64,000 bases of DNA, taken from positions 190,663,036-190,727,035 of the forward strand of contig NC_085842.1 of NCBI RefSeq assembly GCF_035594765.1. Reading direction: 5' to 3'. The notes below the pieces were generated by a model. The model had not been told where the DNA came from. It worked only from the letters and a program-made list of their open reading frames with translations, and did no database searches. Shown piece by piece: positions 61,701 to 64,000 of the stretch. Within the stretch, counting starts at the first letter, position 1; each line of letters opens with the position of its first letter. Both the position numbers and the translations under genes were made by a program. The DNA comes from Anolis carolinensis (lineage: Eukaryota).

Positions 61701-63115
61701 TGCAATAGTGGAAATGGACCAAAAGAGGTATTTATTCAAGATAGGTGAAAGCAATGTGTTTATGCTTCTTACCCGAAGATACATCTGAGCTTGTGACTGG
61801 TTGAGAGGTGGTGAGGTGGTATTCCCCAAGAGTACCGACTGTGTCAGGGTGGTGGCACTGGGTGAACTCACACTCTGTGAACGGCTGATTAGCTGCGCAG
61901 CTGATGTGGTGGCCAAATTAATCTGTAAAGTAAAATAAAAGAGAGCAGGGATTAAGGAAGACAGTTAGCCTCAAAAGCTGAAGTGAAACAGGTTAACAGG
62001 AAAGACATGGTTATGATCTTCTCAACCAGCCCAGATTCCCTAAAGTCATTTCTAACTCCCAGTTGAATGCATCTCCTCCTTTTGTATAAAAATCTATAGC
62101 AATGATTTAGAGATAAACTTTCCAAAGTTGTTAGAATACTACTAACACCACCACCATCATGCTTTTCCCTCCAGAACTGGGACTAAAAGCAGTTTACAAA
62201 ATTAAAATGAATGCAGTGTGGATTAAGAATATACAAAATATTATTAAAATGGAATTAGTATGCCCACAGCATTAAAAGGAATTTAAACAGCTATTTAAAA
62301 GATTAAAAGGCTAAAATGGATGAGAAAGCAGCAGAGGGGTCTATTAAGTCCTCTTCTTAAGAACCATCAACTACACATAGCCAGCAGCGCAAATGCTCAT
62401 AGAACCAAATTCAGGAATCAATGAGAAAGAAAAGCAATGATACATGCGACCTTTTCTAGCAGCACTGTGTTTGTTTATGCCTTCCAAGTCACTTGATGAC
62501 TTATGTTTTTAAGGTTTTCTTAGACCAGAAGAAGTCAGAGGTGGATTTCTAATTCTTCGCACGATACAAAAGAAGGAATGAGGGTGAAATGGTTAACCAT
62601 CATCCACAAAAAACTCTTGCAGAGCTAGGTCAGGGGGAATCATGACAGATTTGGAAACCAATACCATCCAATTATGCTTTACATAGTAACATTAGAAAAC
62701 AAGCTGTATCATTTAGAACACAGGACAAGACACAAATCCTAGGAAGAAACAATCCCCTTTTACATATGAAGCTCTTTCCTTCTTTCAGCCTTTCTTCCCC
62801 ATTTCGATGGTGCTTTTCTCTTTTGCATCAGCTGCTCAGCTTTATCATTCAAACACAAACCAGGAGCCCCAGCAGCTCCTTTTTTTATTTCACCAGAAGT
62901 GACCCCACTACAATCACCAGAGCCTTCTTCCTGAGCTCCAAAGTGCCAAACATCACCATAAATGCAGCTATCCAGAAGGCAAGGCATTCCTCAGTAAACA
63001 GACATGAGATGGGAGGTCAATGAAGGGAGTTACTTACCGAAGCCTGCGTTGTGGCTGTCTGCTGAGGGGTGCTTGTATTTGGAGAATTTGCCTGTCGACT
63101 GGCTGCAATTGTGGC
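49007..63115 (-). CDS. PHC1: Polyhomeotic-like protein 1 (PRC1 subunit); 12 coding exons (930 aa) visible, N-terminal exons beyond the window
   Basis: Exons sum to 2793 nt in frame; Q-rich region, HD1 (KPQILTHIIEGFVIQEGAEPFP), FCS finger (CEFCGK...RFCSVTCAKRY), SAM domain (WSVEEVYEFI...EIDGQALLLL...KLGPALKI); tail-to-tail with M6PR as in mammals. Confidence 0.97.
49558..49765. mobile_element. Penelope-like inverted pLTR pair with hammerhead ribozyme core
   Basis: Inverted arms centred near 49643; CTGAAGA-T-GCC...GGC-GAAA-T-GTC at 49647-49681. Confidence 0.75.
50559..50790 (-). CDS. PHC1: PHC1 exon (linker and SAM start), GC donor
   Basis: ttgcag|GGC CAA...CAA G|gcaagt. Confidence 0.92.
51340..51487 (-). 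CDS. PHC1: PHC1 exon
   Basis: gccag|G TAC AAT...AGG|gtgagg; YNVGCSHQLRLQRKKMKE...GKRHR. Confidence 0.93.
52002..52110 (-). CDS. PHC1: PHC1 exon (FCS zinc finger)
   Basis: ctcag|AG CAA...AAG AG|gtaatg; LLKCEFCGKYGPANQFRGSKRFCSVTCAKR; absent from ORF track. Confidence 0.95.
52662..52700. repeat. (TG)n microsatellite inside a Tc1-like element (~52650-53510)
   Basis: Direct reading. Confidence 0.9.
54158..54272 (-). CDS. PHC1: PHC1 exon
   Basis: tttag|GTG GGT TGC...GCA G|gtaagt; VGCSQLIKDFEKPLQ. Confidence 0.92.
54513..54721 (-). CDS. PHC1: PHC1 exon (HD1)
   Basis: ttcag|AG AAA...CCG|gtaaga; GDSKPPQAIVKPQILTHIIEGFVIQEGAEPFP. Confidence 0.95.
55312..55471 (-). CDS. PHC1: PHC1 exon
   Basis: cacag|AGC AAG...AGG G|gtgagt; KPQTLAVKRKAESEEE. 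Confidence 0.92.
55686..56562 (+). mobile_element. Non-autonomous hAT, shorter sister of 16394-18131
   Basis: TAGGCAAGTG...CGCCCATGCCTA, 8-bp TSD GTAATAAC; colinear with the 16.4-kb copy but lacks the palindrome. Confidence 0.88.
57163..57941 (-). CDS. PHC1: PHC1 large Q-rich exon
   Basis: tacag|CC ACA TAT...CCA|gtaagt; ATYTQIQPHSLIQQQQQIHLQKQVVIQQQIAIHH. Confidence 0.95.
58536..59037 (-). CDS. PHC1: PHC1 exon
   Basis: cccag|GTG CAG AAT...TCT G|gtaggt; VQNLAVR...CQRKGTGVVQPLP...VGMNLTRTATPAPSQTLISS. Confidence 0.95.
60160..60315 (-). CDS. PHC1: PHC1 exon
   Basis: aacag|CCG CAG...CAG|gtcagt; PQLGNLLQVNRTLGRNVPL. Confidence 0.94.
60594..60861 (+). mobile_element. tRNA-head SINE with Vingi-like tail and poly(A)
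   Basis: GGAGCCTCCG...GGTTCGAATCCC B-box, poly(A), TSD TTCCAATTT; truncated reverse copy at ~37955-38075. Confidence 0.75.
61773..61922 (-). CDS. PHC1: PHC1 exon
   Basis: tacag|ATT AAT...CGG|gtaaga; INLATTSAAQLISRSQSV...QAQMYLR. Confidence 0.94.
63038..63115 (-). CDS. PHC1: PHC1 exon
   Basis: tgcag|GCC ACA...TCG|gtaagt; ATIAASRQANSPNTSTPQQTATTQAS. Confidence 0.92.
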
Positions 63116-63428
63116 CTGCAACAAATAACAACCTTTTCATCCAGAATCAAAATTTTGCCAAGAAGTAGTGGTCAATTAGACCATTTCCACCTATTTTACT
63201 GCTTGAAACTACAACAAAATCATGATCACTGTCCCTCCAGTTCAATTAATATGCAACCTTCTATGCTCCAATTTACAGTCACATTTAATACTTACTATCT
63301 ACAATATGTGATGACAAAGTGGCATGCCATAACCAGTAGGGGAGAAGGGGAGAAGGGGAGCCAGGGTTCTGTCGCGGGTCCAGTGCTGTTCAACAGCATC
63401 ATTATTAATAAATAATAATAATAATACT

Positions 63429-63467
<39 letters not shown>

Positions 63468-63519
63468 TTACTTGGAGCTCAAGGCAGGGTACAACATCAT
63501 TAAAACAAGAGAGCAAACA

Positions 63520-64000
63520 ATATTAAAACACATACAACAAGATACACAGAGTTAAAATACAAGTTAAAAATCCACTGATGAAATGCAGATTAAAATTCAC
63601 AACTTAAAACTGGCTGAGTAGGCCTGCTGGAAGAGATGAGTCTTCAGTTACTTCTTAAATTCCAACAGCTGATCTAGCTGTCAGAGCTCTTCCGGTAGAT
63701 CGTTCCACAGTCTTCTTGGGACAGCCAATAAAAAGGTGCTCGGAGTGACGGTTTCAAGTCAGATTCTGTGGGTTGGAGTAGTTTCCCAGCAGAGGACCTA
63801 AGTGTTCAGGGCAGATTTATGGGAGAAGGAGATCCTGTCGATAACCTGGACCCAAATCATGTAGGGCTTTAAAGGTCAAAACCAACATCTTGTTCTTTGC
63901 CCAGAAACTAACTAGAAACCAGTGGAGTGACTCTAATATGGGGGTAATATGCTCACTCCTAGATGTTCCTGTAACTAGTCTGGCTGCTGTGTTTTGAACA
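63520..64000 (-). mobile_element. L2 LINE 3' fragment
   Basis: Minus strand resembles the other L2 pieces (AARLVTG...FKALH region); adjacent (AAT)n tail ~63410-63470. Confidence 0.6.

Overview
Vertebrate genomic DNA, almost certainly a squamate and probably an Anolis lizard (inferred from Sauria SINEs, CR1/L2/L1/Penelope remnants and hAT, Tc1, Harbinger, Chapaev and Helitron MITEs). It matches the conserved A2M-cluster - M6PR - PHC1 block. Gene order: (1) the last 11 coding exons of an ovostatin-like alpha-2-macroglobulin family gene on + (953-19311, probable 3'UTR exon 23261-~23440); (2) a second, A2M-type gene reduced to its signal-peptide exon and last 2-3 exons (28499-30189), with an LTR-like element lacking matching target-site duplications (TSDs) where exons 2-33 should be; (3) a complete 271-aa M6PR on + (CpG-island promoter ~35.3-35.9 kb, CDS 40293-44414); (4) 12 coding exons of PHC1 on - (49007-63115; 5' end outside the window). 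Most ORF-track entries are spurious or repeat-derived. Highlights: the collapsed A2M gene and its candidate LTR-recombination scar, a possible in-frame read-through that would add a hydrophobic tail to the ovostatin-like protein, M6PR ligand-pocket and glycosylation changes, a regenerated perfect 5' splice site in M6PR, a 622-bp palindrome inside an hAT element, and a Penelope hammerhead core. All homologies were judged by eye from remembered sequences; no searches were run.
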